Part shown: piece by piece, positions 55,519 to 64,000 of the stretch
Numbering within the stretch: the first letter of the stretch is position 1
Layout of the letters: each line of letters starts with the position of its first letter
Assembly (NCBI GenBank): GCA_963803045.1
Contig: CAWDLC010000036.1
Coordinates: 69,999 to 133,998, forward strand
Direction of reading: 5' to 3'
DNA from: Candidatus Binataceae bacterium
GTDB taxonomy: Bacteria > Desulfobacterota > Binatia > Binatales > Binataceae
Length of the DNA stretch: 64,000 nt
Position numbers and translations under genes: made by a program
Notes under the pieces: model-generated
What the model was told of the DNA's origin: nothing
The model's input: only the letters and a program-made list of their open reading frames with translations
Databases searched by the model: none

Positions 55519-58500
55519 TCAGCCGCTTTTCGCCGCACGGTCGGCTGTAGGCACAGCGGACACTTGGGGCGGATGCTTCTGCTCCGTGGGCCCTGCTTCG
55601 GGCTTCTCTCCCTGGCGGATATGCGCCAGCCGCTCGACGATCACAAAGAGGGCGGGAATGAGGAAGATTGCGAAACCCGTGGAGAAGAACATGCCGGTTA
55701 TGGTGACCGTCCCGATCAGACGGCGGGCTTGGCCGCCGGCGCCCAAAGCGATCCATAAAGGAGACAGGCCGATGATGAAGGCGAAGGAGGTCATGAGAAT
55801 GGGCCGCAGACGCACGCGGGCGCCCTTGAGCGCCGCCGAGACAATAGACTCGCCCTTCTCCAGCTCGGCTTTGGCAAACTCGACTATCAAGATGGCATTC
55901 TTGGCCGACAGACCGATCAGCATTATGAGACCGACCTGGGCATAGACGTCGTTGTCGAGATGGCGTGACCATAGGCCAAAGAATGCGCCACATACGGCGA
56001 CCGGCACGCTAAGCAGCACGCTGAAGGGCAGCGACCAGCTCTCATAGAGGGCAGCCAGGATCAGAAATACAAACACCAGCGACAGCGCGAAGACTTGAGC
56101 CCCACCGCCGGCGACAGCCTGCTGGTAAGACATTCCATTCCAGGCATACCCCATATCACGGGGGAGGGCCTCGTTTGCCAGCTGGTCCACCGCGTCCATC
56201 GCTTGGCCGGTGCTGTAGCCGGGAGCCGGCGCCGCGTATATCTCGATGCCGCGGTACTCGTTGAAGCGGGTGGTATATTCGGGCCCGAACGCCCGCTTCA
56301 TGTCGACCAGCGTCGACAGCGGAACCATCGAGCCCGCGTTGTTTCGGACGTAAAACTGACCAATGTCAGTCGCGCTGATTCGGTACTGCGGCTCCGCTTC
56401 CACGAACACCTTCCACACGCGCCCGAAGCGGTTGAACTGGTTGACGTAATAGCCACCAAGCAGGGTCTGCAATGCGCTGTACACGTCTTCGATAGGAACG
56501 CCGAGCTTGAACACCTTGTCCTTGTCAACCGCAGCGAACAACTGCGGAACCGCCGGGTCGAACAGGAGGTACATAGGCCCAATCTCGGGCCGTTTTTTCG
56601 CCGCGGCAAGGAACTTGCGAGTATTATCCCATAGATAATCGACCGTTTTGCCGGCCCGGTCCTGAACGAAGAAATCGAGACCGCTAGCCTGGCCGATGCC
56701 GGGAATCGCCGGCGGCAAGAATGCAAAAGCTTGCGCCTGAGGCAGCGCCGCCAGCTTGCGGTTGAGGTCAGCTACTATCGCTGGGGCTTGCTGAGCAGCG
56801 GTCCCCCGCTGGTCGTAGGGCTGCAGTTGACAGAAATAGGTTCCGCTTCGGGGGCTGCTCAACTGGGTGAGTAAGTTTAAGCCGGAGCTCGAGCTATAGT
56901 AGCGGATCGCAGGTTCGCTCCTGATGATTTGATCGATTTGCTTCATCGCGGCGTTAGTCCGCTGGAGCGAGGCAGCCGCCGGAAGCTGGACGTTAATTAG
57001 AAACCAGCCCTGGTCTTCGTCAGGCAGGAATGATTGCGGCAAAATCTTTCCCAGGCCGCCGGCAAGTACAGCAAAACCCCCTAGTACAACGATCGCCACC
57101 ACGACCTTACGGATGAGCAGATCGCAGGTCCGGATGTAGCCATTTTGCGCGCGCGCAAAACCCGCGTTGAACATTGCGAAGAAGCGAGCGAGTGGTCCGC
57201 GGCCGGTGCTAGTGCTTTTTGGACGCAGCAGAATTGCGCCGAGCGCCGGGCTCAGCGTGAGAGCGTTGAAGCACGAGAGCAGCACGGAAAATGCGATGGT
57301 TAGTGCGAACTGGCGGTAAAGCGAGCCCGTTATTCCCGCCATGAATCCGGCCGGGATAAACACCGCGGAGAGCACCAGCGCGATTCCGACCAGCGCCCCG
57401 CCCACCTCGTCCATAGCTTCCCGCGCCGCGTCGCTGGGCGACCGTCCCTGCTCGATCTTTGCCTCGATCGCTTCGACCACGACGATAGCGTCGTCCACCA
57501 CCAGGCCTACCGCCAGCACCAGCCCCAAAAGCGCAAGCGTGTTGACCGTGAACCCTACCGCCGGGAAGAACATGAAAGCTCCTACCAGCGAGACGGGAAT
57601 AGTAAGCAGCGGGATCAACGTCGCCCGCCAGCTTTGCAAAAAGATGTAGACCACCAGGATCACGAGGCCGATTGCTTCCAGCAGCGTCTTCACGATCTCC
57701 CAGGCACCCTCGGTGACGGGGATAGTCGTGTCCAACGTTAGATTGGCTTTCATGTCTGCGGGAAAATGACGCTCGAGTTCGGCCATTTTGGCCTTCGCCA
57801 GGTTGGCGGCGGCGAGCGCATTGGAGGCCGGGTTCTGGAAAAGGCCGATGATCGCAGCCGGCGCTCCGTTGAAGGATGCCTGCTCCGTGTAGGTTTCCGC
57901 GCCGAGATCAATCCGGCCGACATCCTTTAGCCGTACGAGCGATCCGTCCGGGTTGGCGCGAATAATAATTTCCCCGAACTCCTCCGCCTTCATCAGGCGG
58001 CCCTGTGCGCGCACGGTGTAGGTGAGTTGCTGGCCCGGCGGGGCTGGCTCACCTCCGAGCTGGCCCACGGGATTGACCACATTCTGGGCCGCGATCGCAT
58101 TCTCGAGATCTGCTACCGTCAACTGAAGCTTGGAGAGGACATCTGGTGCGACCCAAATCCGCATCGCATAGTTGGACGCTCCATATAACTGGATCTGGCC
58201 GATGCCGGGAATCCGGGCAAGCTCGTCTTTGATATTTATCGCAACGTAGTTGGCCAAAAATGTTGCGTCCCAGGTCCTGTTCGGCGAACTTACCGTAAAC
58301 ACTAGCAACGGGATGCCGACCGTCTGCTGCGTCGTCAGCCCATAGCTGTTGACCTGTGCAGGCAGGCTCGAGGTCGCCTGGGACAGCCGGTTCTGGACTT
58401 GAACCTGGTCGATATCGACATCACTGCCAACCTCGAAACTGACCTGCAGCGTCATCGACCCGTCGTTGCCGTTGATGGACTGCATGTAGATCATGCGCTT

Positions 58501-58716
58501 GGCGCCGTTGACCTGCTCCTCGATCGGGGTGGCGACGGAAGCCTCGACGGTGAGCGCATCCGCGCCGGTATAGATCGCCGTGGTCTGGATCTGAGGCGGC
58601 ACGATGTCGGGGAACTGCGCGATTGGAAGCCGGAGCGCCATCACTGCACCGGCGATAACGAAGAAGATCGAAATAACGACGGCAACGATCGGGTGATTGA
58701 TGAAAAACTTCGACAC
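55519..58716 (-). CDS. RND efflux permease (HAE1/AcrB-like)
   Basis: GTG at 58716 gives [23 protein letters not shown].., the canonical RND N-terminus, about 1065 aa. The track ORF extends 32 codons further into the adaptor gene. Confidence 0.9.
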   Translation of the reverse strand: MSKFFINHPIVAVVISIFFVIAGAVMALRLPIAQFPDIVPPQIQTTAIYTGADALTVEASVATPIEEQVNGAKRMIYMQSINGNDGSMTLQVSFEVGSDVDIDQVQVQNRLSQATSSLPAQVNSYGLTTQQTVGIPLLVFTVSSPNRTWDATFLANYVAINIKDELARIPGIGQIQLYGASNYAMRIWVAPDVLSKLQLTVADLENAIAAQNVVNPVGQLGGEPAPPGQQLTYTVRAQGRLMKAEEFGEIIIRANPDGSLVRLKDVGRIDLGAETYTEQASFNGAPAAIIGLFQNPASNALAAANLAKAKMAELERHFPADMKANLTLDTTIPVTEGAWEIVKTLLEAIGLVILVVYIFLQSWRATLIPLLTIPVSLVGAFMFFPAVGFTVNTLALLGLVLAVGLVVDDAIVVVEAIEAKIEQGRSPSDAAREAMDEVGGALVGIALVLSAVFIPAGFMAGITGSLYRQFALTIAFSVLLSCFNALTLSPALGAILLRPKSTSTGRGPLARFFAMFNAGFARAQNGYIRTCDLLIRKVVVAIVVLGGFAVLAGGLGKILPQSFLPDEDQGWFLINVQLPAAASLQRTNAAMKQIDQIIRSEPAIRYYSSSSGLNLLTQLSSPRSGTYFCQLQPYDQRGTAAQQAPAIVADLNRKLAALPQAQAFAFLPPAIPGIGQASGLDFFVQDRAGKTVDYLWDNTRKFLAAAKKRPEIGPMYLLFDPAVPQLFAAVDKDKVFKLGVPIEDVYSALQTLLGGYYVNQFNRFGRVWKVFVEAEPQYRISATDIGQFYVRNNAGSMVPLSTLVDMKRAFGPEYTTRFNEYRGIEIYAAPAPGYSTGQAMDAVDQLANEALPRDMGYAWNGMSYQQAVAGGGAQVFALSLVFVFLILAALYESWSLPFSVLLSVPVAVCGAFFGLWSRHLDNDVYAQVGLIMLIGLSAKNAILIVEFAKAELEKGESIVSAALKGARVRLRPILMTSFAFIIGLSPLWIALGAGGQARRLIGTVTITGMFFSTGFAIFLIPALFVIVERLAHIRQGEKPEAGPTEQKHPPQVSAVPTADRAAKSG

Positions 58717-58720
58717 TGCT

Positions 58721-59905
58721 CTAGCTCTGGGGGCTTGAGGCCGCGCCGGGCGAGGGCGCTTCGCCGGCAGATCCAGGCGTACTCTCCGGTGCAGGCTGGG
58801 CGGGCATAACACGCGGTTTCACTTCCATCCCGTCGTGAACCATCTGCAATCCCTCGGTGATGACGCGTTCGTCGGGCGAGACTCCCTTCTCGATGATTCG
58901 AAGGCCGCCTGCCTGCTTGCCGATCTCAACGGTGCACATCGTCACTTTGTTGTCCGAGCCCACGACGGCGACCTGGTATTGCCCCTGGGTCTCGAGCACG
59001 GCGTTCTGCGGGACGAGCAGTGCGTTATGCCGGACGTCGGTGGGGGCGCGGATCTTCGCGTACTGACCAGGGCGCAGAATATTGTCGGGGTTCGGAAAAG
59101 TTGCCTGAAGCTGAATCGTACCGGTCTGGATGTCAACCTGCCGATTGGCGGCGTAAAACTGGCCTGGATGTTGGTAGGTCTGGCCATTGTCCAGAATCAT
59201 TTGGAATGGCAGCGCCGGCATCGCGACTCCGCTCTCCACCGCGTTAATCCGTGCCGCGAACTGCAGGTAGACCTTCTCGGGGATTGGGAATGTGACTTTG
59301 ATGGGGTCGAGCTGCGAAACTGTCGTCAGCAGAGTCGTGGTGCTGACCAGGTCGCCGACCTGGGCCTGCGCGATTGCCGCGACGCCATCTATCGGCGAGT
59401 AGACCTTGGTCCATCCGAGGTTGAGCCTGGCGTTCTCGACCGCCGCCTCATCGGCCTGCACTTGCGCCGCGCTTCCCCTAAACGCCTGGGTGATGTGGTC
59501 GAAAGTCTCCTTAGGAATCACCCGTTGTTTATAGAGCACGGTATCACGGTCAAGGTCCTGTTGATTTTGTTTTAGGGTCGCTTGTGCCTCGGCGAGTGTG
59601 CCGAGCGCCTGGTCGAGCCCGGCCTTATACTGGCGATCGTCGATCTCGAACAGCAGTTGATTGGCGTGCACGTGCGAGCCGTCTCGGTAATCCTGCTTCA
59701 GTAAATAGCCGGAGATTTTTGGATAGATCTCGGCGTTGACGAACCCAACGGTGGTGCCGACAAAATCCGAGTACGATGTCACGTCCTGCTGGATGACCGA
59801 CGTCACGACAACCTCTGGGGTGGGCGCCAGCGCGGGGGTCCCCTTCTTGCAGCCGATCGCAGCCAGCGACAACGTTACCGCGAAACCCGCGTAGAAGAGC
59901 CTCAT
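58721..59905 (-). CDS. RND efflux periplasmic adaptor (MFP) lipoprotein
   Basis: [19 protein letters not shown] lipobox. Coiled-coil and beta-barrel MFP pattern. ATG at 59905. 4-nt gap to the permease. Confidence 0.85.
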   Translation of the reverse strand: MRLFYAGFAVTLSLAAIGCKKGTPALAPTPEVVVTSVIQQDVTSYSDFVGTTVGFVNAEIYPKISGYLLKQDYRDGSHVHANQLLFEIDDRQYKAGLDQALGTLAEAQATLKQNQQDLDRDTVLYKQRVIPKETFDHITQAFRGSAAQVQADEAAVENARLNLGWTKVYSPIDGVAAIAQAQVGDLVSTTTLLTTVSQLDPIKVTFPIPEKVYLQFAARINAVESGVAMPALPFQMILDNGQTYQHPGQFYAANRQVDIQTGTIQLQATFPNPDNILRPGQYAKIRAPTDVRHNALLVPQNAVLETQGQYQVAVVGSDNKVTMCTVEIGKQAGGLRIIEKGVSPDERVITEGLQMVHDGMEVKPRVMPAQPAPESTPGSAGEAPSPGAASSPQS

Positions 59906-60158
59906 AGCTATCCTCTGCCGCTCGCGAGCATGGCGCAAACTGATCACTGTCAGGCGCGAGCTGCAAGCTTCGACCTTGATGATGCGCACACCCAAGTCGT
60001 TGAAGATCGTCGTGCCGAACAGCCCACCAACCATTCCGCGATTTTAGCGTTCTTTCCTTTTGTCTGCGAGAGTTTTTCCCAAAGGGGAAATAGCAGCTTA
60101 GCGGATTTTCTTCTACCTAAAGGAACCGGAGAAGCTCAGATTGCCCGCAGCAGCTGAT

Positions 60159-60782
60159 TCATGCTCGCTTCTCTCCGTCGAGAACCGAGTCAGTACCGCT
60201 CGCGTAATCGTCCCGTATGGTCAAAGTATTCGTCATTTGGCGCTGGGAGGGTGGTCTCACCTCAGCCGTTGAGCAGCTGGTCAATACTCGACCAGAATAG
60301 GAACAAGTTGACTTCTGCAGGCCTCCAAACGCGATCATCACAGCTGGATTTCCAAACGCCTGCCAGAATCCATTCCAAACGCCTGATGGCTGCGCCCATT
60401 CGCTTACACTCACCCCGAACAGAATGAAGTTTACCCAAGCGAGCCAGAAATAGGGGATGTCGTTATGTCCAGTGAGCAACTCCGTTTCTTCTTCTGGGGG
60501 CTGCTCTTCGATGCCGGCTTGGCTTAAGTAGATGAACCCCGTCACGATGTAAGCCACTTGGAAACCTACATAGACGCCAAGCGGTAAACCCATACGCCAC
60601 CATGACCAATCGATCGTGCCCAGGAATTTCAATAGGGTTAGTACGGCGGTGAGAAAACCGCACAGGTACAGCCCCGTGGTTTGAATGCCAGAGTCGCTCA
60701 ACCCTCGCCCTTCAGGCTGCTTGGCGCTGATAGTACCGTAGCAACCCACCGAGTCGTTCGCGGCACTGCACCGCGCCGACAC
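60159..60782 (-). CDS. hypothetical membrane protein (start uncertain)
   Basis: Several TM-like stretches (LYLCGFLTAVLTLL, LPLGVYVGFQVAYIVTGFIYL, YFWLAWVNFILFGVSV). The 5' end overlaps the integrase fragment, so the real start is probably internal. Confidence 0.35.
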   Translation of the reverse strand: MSARCSAANDSVGCYGTISAKQPEGRGLSDSGIQTTGLYLCGFLTAVLTLLKFLGTIDWSWWRMGLPLGVYVGFQVAYIVTGFIYLSQAGIEEQPPEEETELLTGHNDIPYFWLAWVNFILFGVSVSEWAQPSGVWNGFWQAFGNPAVMIAFGGLQKSTCSYSGRVLTSCSTAEVRPPSQRQMTNTLTIRDDYASGTDSVLDGEKRA

Positions 60783-60933
60783 GGGGAATATCGATTGATG
60801 CTGGAAACAGCAAGACGTTGCCTATGCCTTGGTGATTGCGCTCGGCATGGTAGTGCGCCACAAATTCGTTCAGCGCTCGCTGCAATGAAGCTTCGCTGAA
60901 CAGTATCAGCCTGGAGAGACATTCTTCCTTCAC
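60712..60933 (-). pseudogene. C-terminal fragment of an unrelated rve-type transposase/integrase
   Basis: ..LNEFVAHYHAERNHQGIGNVLLFP.. is the typical tail of DDE integrase-core proteins. Only about 70 aa present. Confidence 0.6.
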
Positions 60934-61229
60934 CGATCGGCTCGAAGCTGCTCCGGCAAGGCAGCTGCCGGGCCCTCTGGCGAAGGCTGAATCAGGATTT
61001 CTGAAGGGACGTCGGATTTTGCGGTCGGAAGCGGGGCCTTGGTCACATGCTTTCCTGCCGCAAGTTTCGCCCAGTAGCCGCGGGGAGGGACGGGAATCTC
61101 GAAGCGACTGCAGATCTTGCCCAAGCCGCGTCCGCTGATTCCAAATTCCTCAGCGAGAGAGATCGCCGGTCGCGACCACATCTTCTCGTATAGTTCTTGC
61201 CGGGTTAACCGAACTACTTGCTGCTGCAT
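60930..61229 (-). CDS. hypothetical protein, truncated duplicate of 33560..33928
   Basis: MQQQVVRLTRQELYEKMWSRPAISLAEEFGISGRGLGKICSRFEIPVPPRGYWAKLAAGK... Diverges after ..IQPSPEGP, where the duplication ends. Confidence 0.5.
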   Translation of the reverse strand: MQQQVVRLTRQELYEKMWSRPAISLAEEFGISGRGLGKICSRFEIPVPPRGYWAKLAAGKHVTKAPLPTAKSDVPSEILIQPSPEGPAAALPEQLRADR

Positions 61230-61397
61230 AGACATCCTCCTTTGGACAACACCATGGCTTGGCCGCAAATTGCTTTCGGAGAGAGATCTGCATTCCTCCA
61301 GGATCCTGAGTCTTGGAGATGGCTTGGCAAACGCTCAATACGGACATAAGCACATTAATGACGTGAGGGGCCGGTCGGAAAAGCTGGACTTCGGACC

Positions 61398-61443
61398 ATA
61401 CGAAAACTATGGACTTTTCGCCGCTTTCGGAGTTTTTAGTAGT
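61398..61443 (+). repeat. dispersed hairpin repeat, copy 4 (inside duplication arm B)
   Basis: GAAAACTATGGACTTTTCGCCGCTTTCGGAGTTTTTAGTAG. Confidence 0.6.
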
Positions 61444-61502
61444 TGGCATGGGCTTTCGGCCAACCCGCGCCGCGATGAAAACTCATCGGAGGAATTGCCA
61501 GC

Positions 61503-62550
61503 ATGGCATCAAAGGGTTTGAGGAATCTGGGTCGGTCGGGGCTGCGGGTGTCGCCGCTTTGCCTGGGGGCGATGAACTTCGGCAACGAGCAGTTTGGCTG
61601 CGACGAGAAGGCGTCGATCGCAATCATTCATGCGTATTTGAACGCCGGACACAACTTCATCGACACCGCGAACGTTTACTCTGGCACCAAGTCCGAGACG
61701 ATCGTGCAAGGCGGTGAAGAACCGGCGCGATGCCGTCGTCATCGCAACGAAGGCGGCGTCGCCGCTCGGACCGGGTCCGTTTGATTCAGGGTCAAGCCGC
61801 AAGCACGTCATGAAGGCATGCGAGGACAGTCTGCGCAGGCTCGACACCGACTATATCGATCTCTATCAGATGCATCGATACGACGAGACCACTCCGCTCG
61901 AGGAGACGCTCAGCACGCTGAACGACTTGGTCCACCAGGGCGAAGTGCGTTACATCGGCGTGTCGAACTGGAGCGCGTCGCAGATCGTGGAGGCCTGCTC
62001 GATCATCGCTGCGAGGGGTTGGGAGCCGCTGGTGAGCCTGCAGCCGCAGTACAGTATTCTGACCCGCGATATTGAAGTCGAGATCCTGCCTGCTTGCCGC
62101 AAGTTCGGGCTCGGCGTGATTCCGTGGAGCCCGCTGGCCGGCGGCATGCTGACCGGCAAGTACAAGGCCGGCGAAGAACCGCGACAGGGCACGCGGTTCG
62201 CGGCGCCGGGAGCGTTTCAGCGCATATGGCGCACGCGCGCGCTAAACGAGCGCAATCATGCCATCGTCTCGGTGGTGCTAGAAGAAGCCGGCAAGCTCGA
62301 TGTGTCGCCGATCGCGCTTGCACTCGCGTGGAACTTGGCGCGTCCGGGCATCGTCGCACCGATCATTGGGCCGAAATCCGAACAGCAACTAAAGGAAAAC
62401 CTGGCTGCGCTCGACGTTGTGCTTCCCAACGACACCGTTGAGCGGATCGACGCGGCCAGCGAACCGCACCTGCCGTATCCGCACGACTTTATGCGGATGG
62501 CGCGGCAACTGACGGCGATGATGGTGCAGAACTCGCAGGCGAAGAGCTAG
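61503..62550 (+). pseudogene. aldo/keto reductase duplicate with a 2-bp deletion
   Basis: Reads GAGACGATCGTGCAAGG, where the intact copy has GAGACGATCGTGGGCAAGG (after 61706). The frame shifts at ..SETIV|, and the rest resumes at 61714..62550. Confidence 0.85.
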
Positions 62551-62682
62551 CCGATCGCGGTATACATCGCTTCGACTTATAATCCTGCGTTGTGCCTGCC
62601 AAAAGCTCCGAAAGTGGCGGGCAACAGCCGAGATGATGGATCGCTCGAGCTTAAGCCTGCCGGCGATATTGCGTCGGTGGAT

Positions 62683-62733
62683 CCAAAAATTCCTGACTTT
62701 CCGGCACGTTCGGAGTTTTTGGTAGCGACAGGG
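62683..62733 (+). repeat. dispersed hairpin repeat, copy 5
   Basis: CCAAAAATTCC-TGACTTTCCGGCACGTTC-GGAGTTTTTGG then TAGCGACAGGG. A degenerate sixth copy lies at about 62597-62620. Confidence 0.55.
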
Positions 62734-62739
62734 TTCGGG

Positions 62740-63101
62740 GCAAGGCGCAGCGTGCCGAGACGATGAAGTTCCTGCGATCGCATGGTCTCTACTACACCTC
62801 GATCGATGCGCCCGAAGACAACTCGATCGTACCCTCATTTGTCGAAGCGACCGGGGACTAGGTGTACATGCGCTTTCACGGCAGGAATCGCGACAACTGG
62901 TTCAAACGGAACATCACGCCCGCCGAGCGGTTCAAATATCTGTACTCGGAGCGCGAGCTTCAGTCGCTCGCGCGAGGTCTGCAAAATCTGGAAGAAAGAG
63001 GCGTCAAGCGTGCGTATGTGATCTTCAACAACTGCTACCAGAATTTTGGAATCATGAACGCCACCACGATGGCTGCGATTCTTCGTGGCCGCGGACAATA
63101 G
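62740..63101 (+). pseudogene. DUF72 protein fragment, 5'-truncated and with an in-frame TAG
   Basis: ..FLRSHGLYYTSIDAPEDNSIVPSFVEATGD*VYMRFHGRNRDNWF..YLYSERELQ..AYVIFNN. TAG at 62859-62861. Confidence 0.65.
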
Positions 63102-63308
63102 CCGTCAGCCGGAAAGGTGGCTGTGGCCGGGCCAGACGGAACAAAATGATCAAGGGTATCGCATATCTTGAAGGGAGCATCTCGATTGCGATTCTCGCAG
63201 ATGACTCAAGTTACGGTCCAGATGAGAATTTTTGGCAAGGACAGACCGGTTTCGTATCTGGCGATGAGAACCTCGGTGCCGCCGGTATAACCACGAACAG
63301 GAAAGAGT

Positions 63309-64000
63309 ATGGCCAGTCACGACGTTTGGGATCGAATCGCGCCCGGTGAGGCCATAAGCGGCCCCAGCCTAGAGGTCACCCAGGAGAGTATCCGCGAGTT
63401 CGCGGAAGCCTCGCTCGACTTCAACCCGCTCCATCTCGACGACAAATACATGGAGGGGAGCTTCGGCAAGACCCGGTTCGGCGGGATTATCGCGCATGGG
63501 ATGATGACCTTCGCCCTTATCACGCGCACCATGACCGACTGGCTCGGTCCACGCGGCGCAATCCATCGGCGGCTCGAAACGCGATGGCTAAGGCCGGTGC
63601 GCGTGGGCGATACGATCGCCGCGCACGCACGCGTCTCGGCAAAAGTCGCGACCGACAAGGGCCGCTGGCTCCAGTTCGAAGTCGAGGTCAAGAACCAGCG
63701 CGGCGAGACCACTGCCACGGGCGATGCGATGGCGGAGTTTCGCGGGACGCCGCGCTTAGCGGCAGCAGGTGGCGGGCCGGCCGCGGGCGTGAGTGGCGCA
63801 AGCCGCGCAACGACTGGCACAGAGAGCGTTTTCGATCCGGCCGCCTTCGAGCGCGACTTCTGGAAAAAAGCGGACAAACGCAAGACCTGGGATGAGATTG
63901 TCCCGGGCGAACTGCGCAGAACCTTTCCGGTCACGTTGACTGGCGAGGCGATCCAGCGCCTTGCACGTTCGGTGGGTGACCTGAACCCGCTCTATTTCGA
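63309..64000 (+). CDS. MaoC-like (R)-hydratase/dehydratase, double hotdog, 3' end outside the window
   Basis: ATG at 63309. ..FAEASLDFNPLHLDDKYMEGSFGKTRFGGIIAHGMMTF.., and a second ..VGDLNPLYF motif at the window end. No stop before 64000, so it is missing from the ORF track. Confidence 0.75.
   Translation, partial: MASHDVWDRIAPGEAISGPSLEVTQESIREFAEASLDFNPLHLDDKYMEGSFGKTRFGGIIAHGMMTFALITRTMTDWLGPRGAIHRRLETRWLRPVRVGDTIAAHARVSAKVATDKGRWLQFEVEVKNQRGETTATGDAMAEFRGTPRLAAAGGGPAAGVSGASRATTGTESVFDPAAFERDFWKKADKRKTWDEIVPGELRRTFPVTLTGEAIQRLARSVGDLNPLYF

Larger units (their letters stand above)
60969..62619. repeat. 1.65-kb inverted duplication, arm B (partner 32169-33819)
   Basis: See arm A. The inner boundary is precise to a few nt (homology ends after AGAGGGCCC / GGGCCCTCT). 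Confidence 0.8.

Noticed and set aside
63317-63934. 205-aa minus-strand ORF in the track
   Set aside because: It is an antisense shadow of the plus-strand MaoC-like gene (63309->). It has Arg/Ser/Pro-rich composition and no motifs, while the plus frame gives clear hotdog motifs.

Overview
This is a GC-rich (roughly 60 % by eye, not computed) chromosomal window from a diderm bacterium. The taxon cannot be assigned from the sequence alone. All product calls come from motif recognition by eye; no database search was possible.

Layout:
- 1-6.3 kb: two family-III CoA-transferase genes sit among IS, RHS and methyltransferase debris and short tandem repeats.
- 6.4-29.5 kb: a K+/cation-homeostasis island. 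It holds two tandem kdp operons on the minus strand (small peptide, kdpF, kdpA, kdpB, kdpC, twice), and both kdpB copies are broken by frameshifts. It also holds three UspA genes, a PAS histidine-kinase homologue whose phospho-acceptor His is Asn, and two sigma54 enhancer-binding proteins. One of these is receiver-type; the other is receiver-less and preceded by a stand-alone KdpD-type USP domain. A PII-like gene, -24/-12 promoter-like elements and an NhaP-type antiporter fused to a cNMP-binding domain complete the island. No kdpD or kdpE is present.
- 30-33 kb: a thioesterase-like gene, an EthD gene and an aldo/keto reductase.
- 33.8-61.0 kb: a 27-kb accessory segment bracketed by a 1.65-kb inverted duplication. 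It contains a ParB-DNA-methyltransferase/DUF5681 phage-like remnant, two diverged copies of a single-ORF rve/DDE IS plus remnants, and a CHAT fragment. It also contains two secreted parallel beta-helix paralogues (one with a five-rung Cys-Cys ladder), an eight-gene plus-strand cluster (NDP-sugar pyrophosphorylase, pentapeptide-repeat membrane protein, PLC-like phosphoesterase, lipoprotein, papain-like peptidase) and an RND efflux pair.
- 62.7-64 kb: a DUF72 fragment and a partial MaoC dehydratase.

No rRNA, tRNA or CRISPR array was seen. About a dozen genes carry frameshifts or an internal stop, so either the region is decaying or the consensus has indel errors.

The strongest candidate for an undescribed system is the sigma54-wired Kdp regulatory module. 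The Cys-Cys ladder beta-helix protein and the eight-gene cluster lying between the two IS copies come next.
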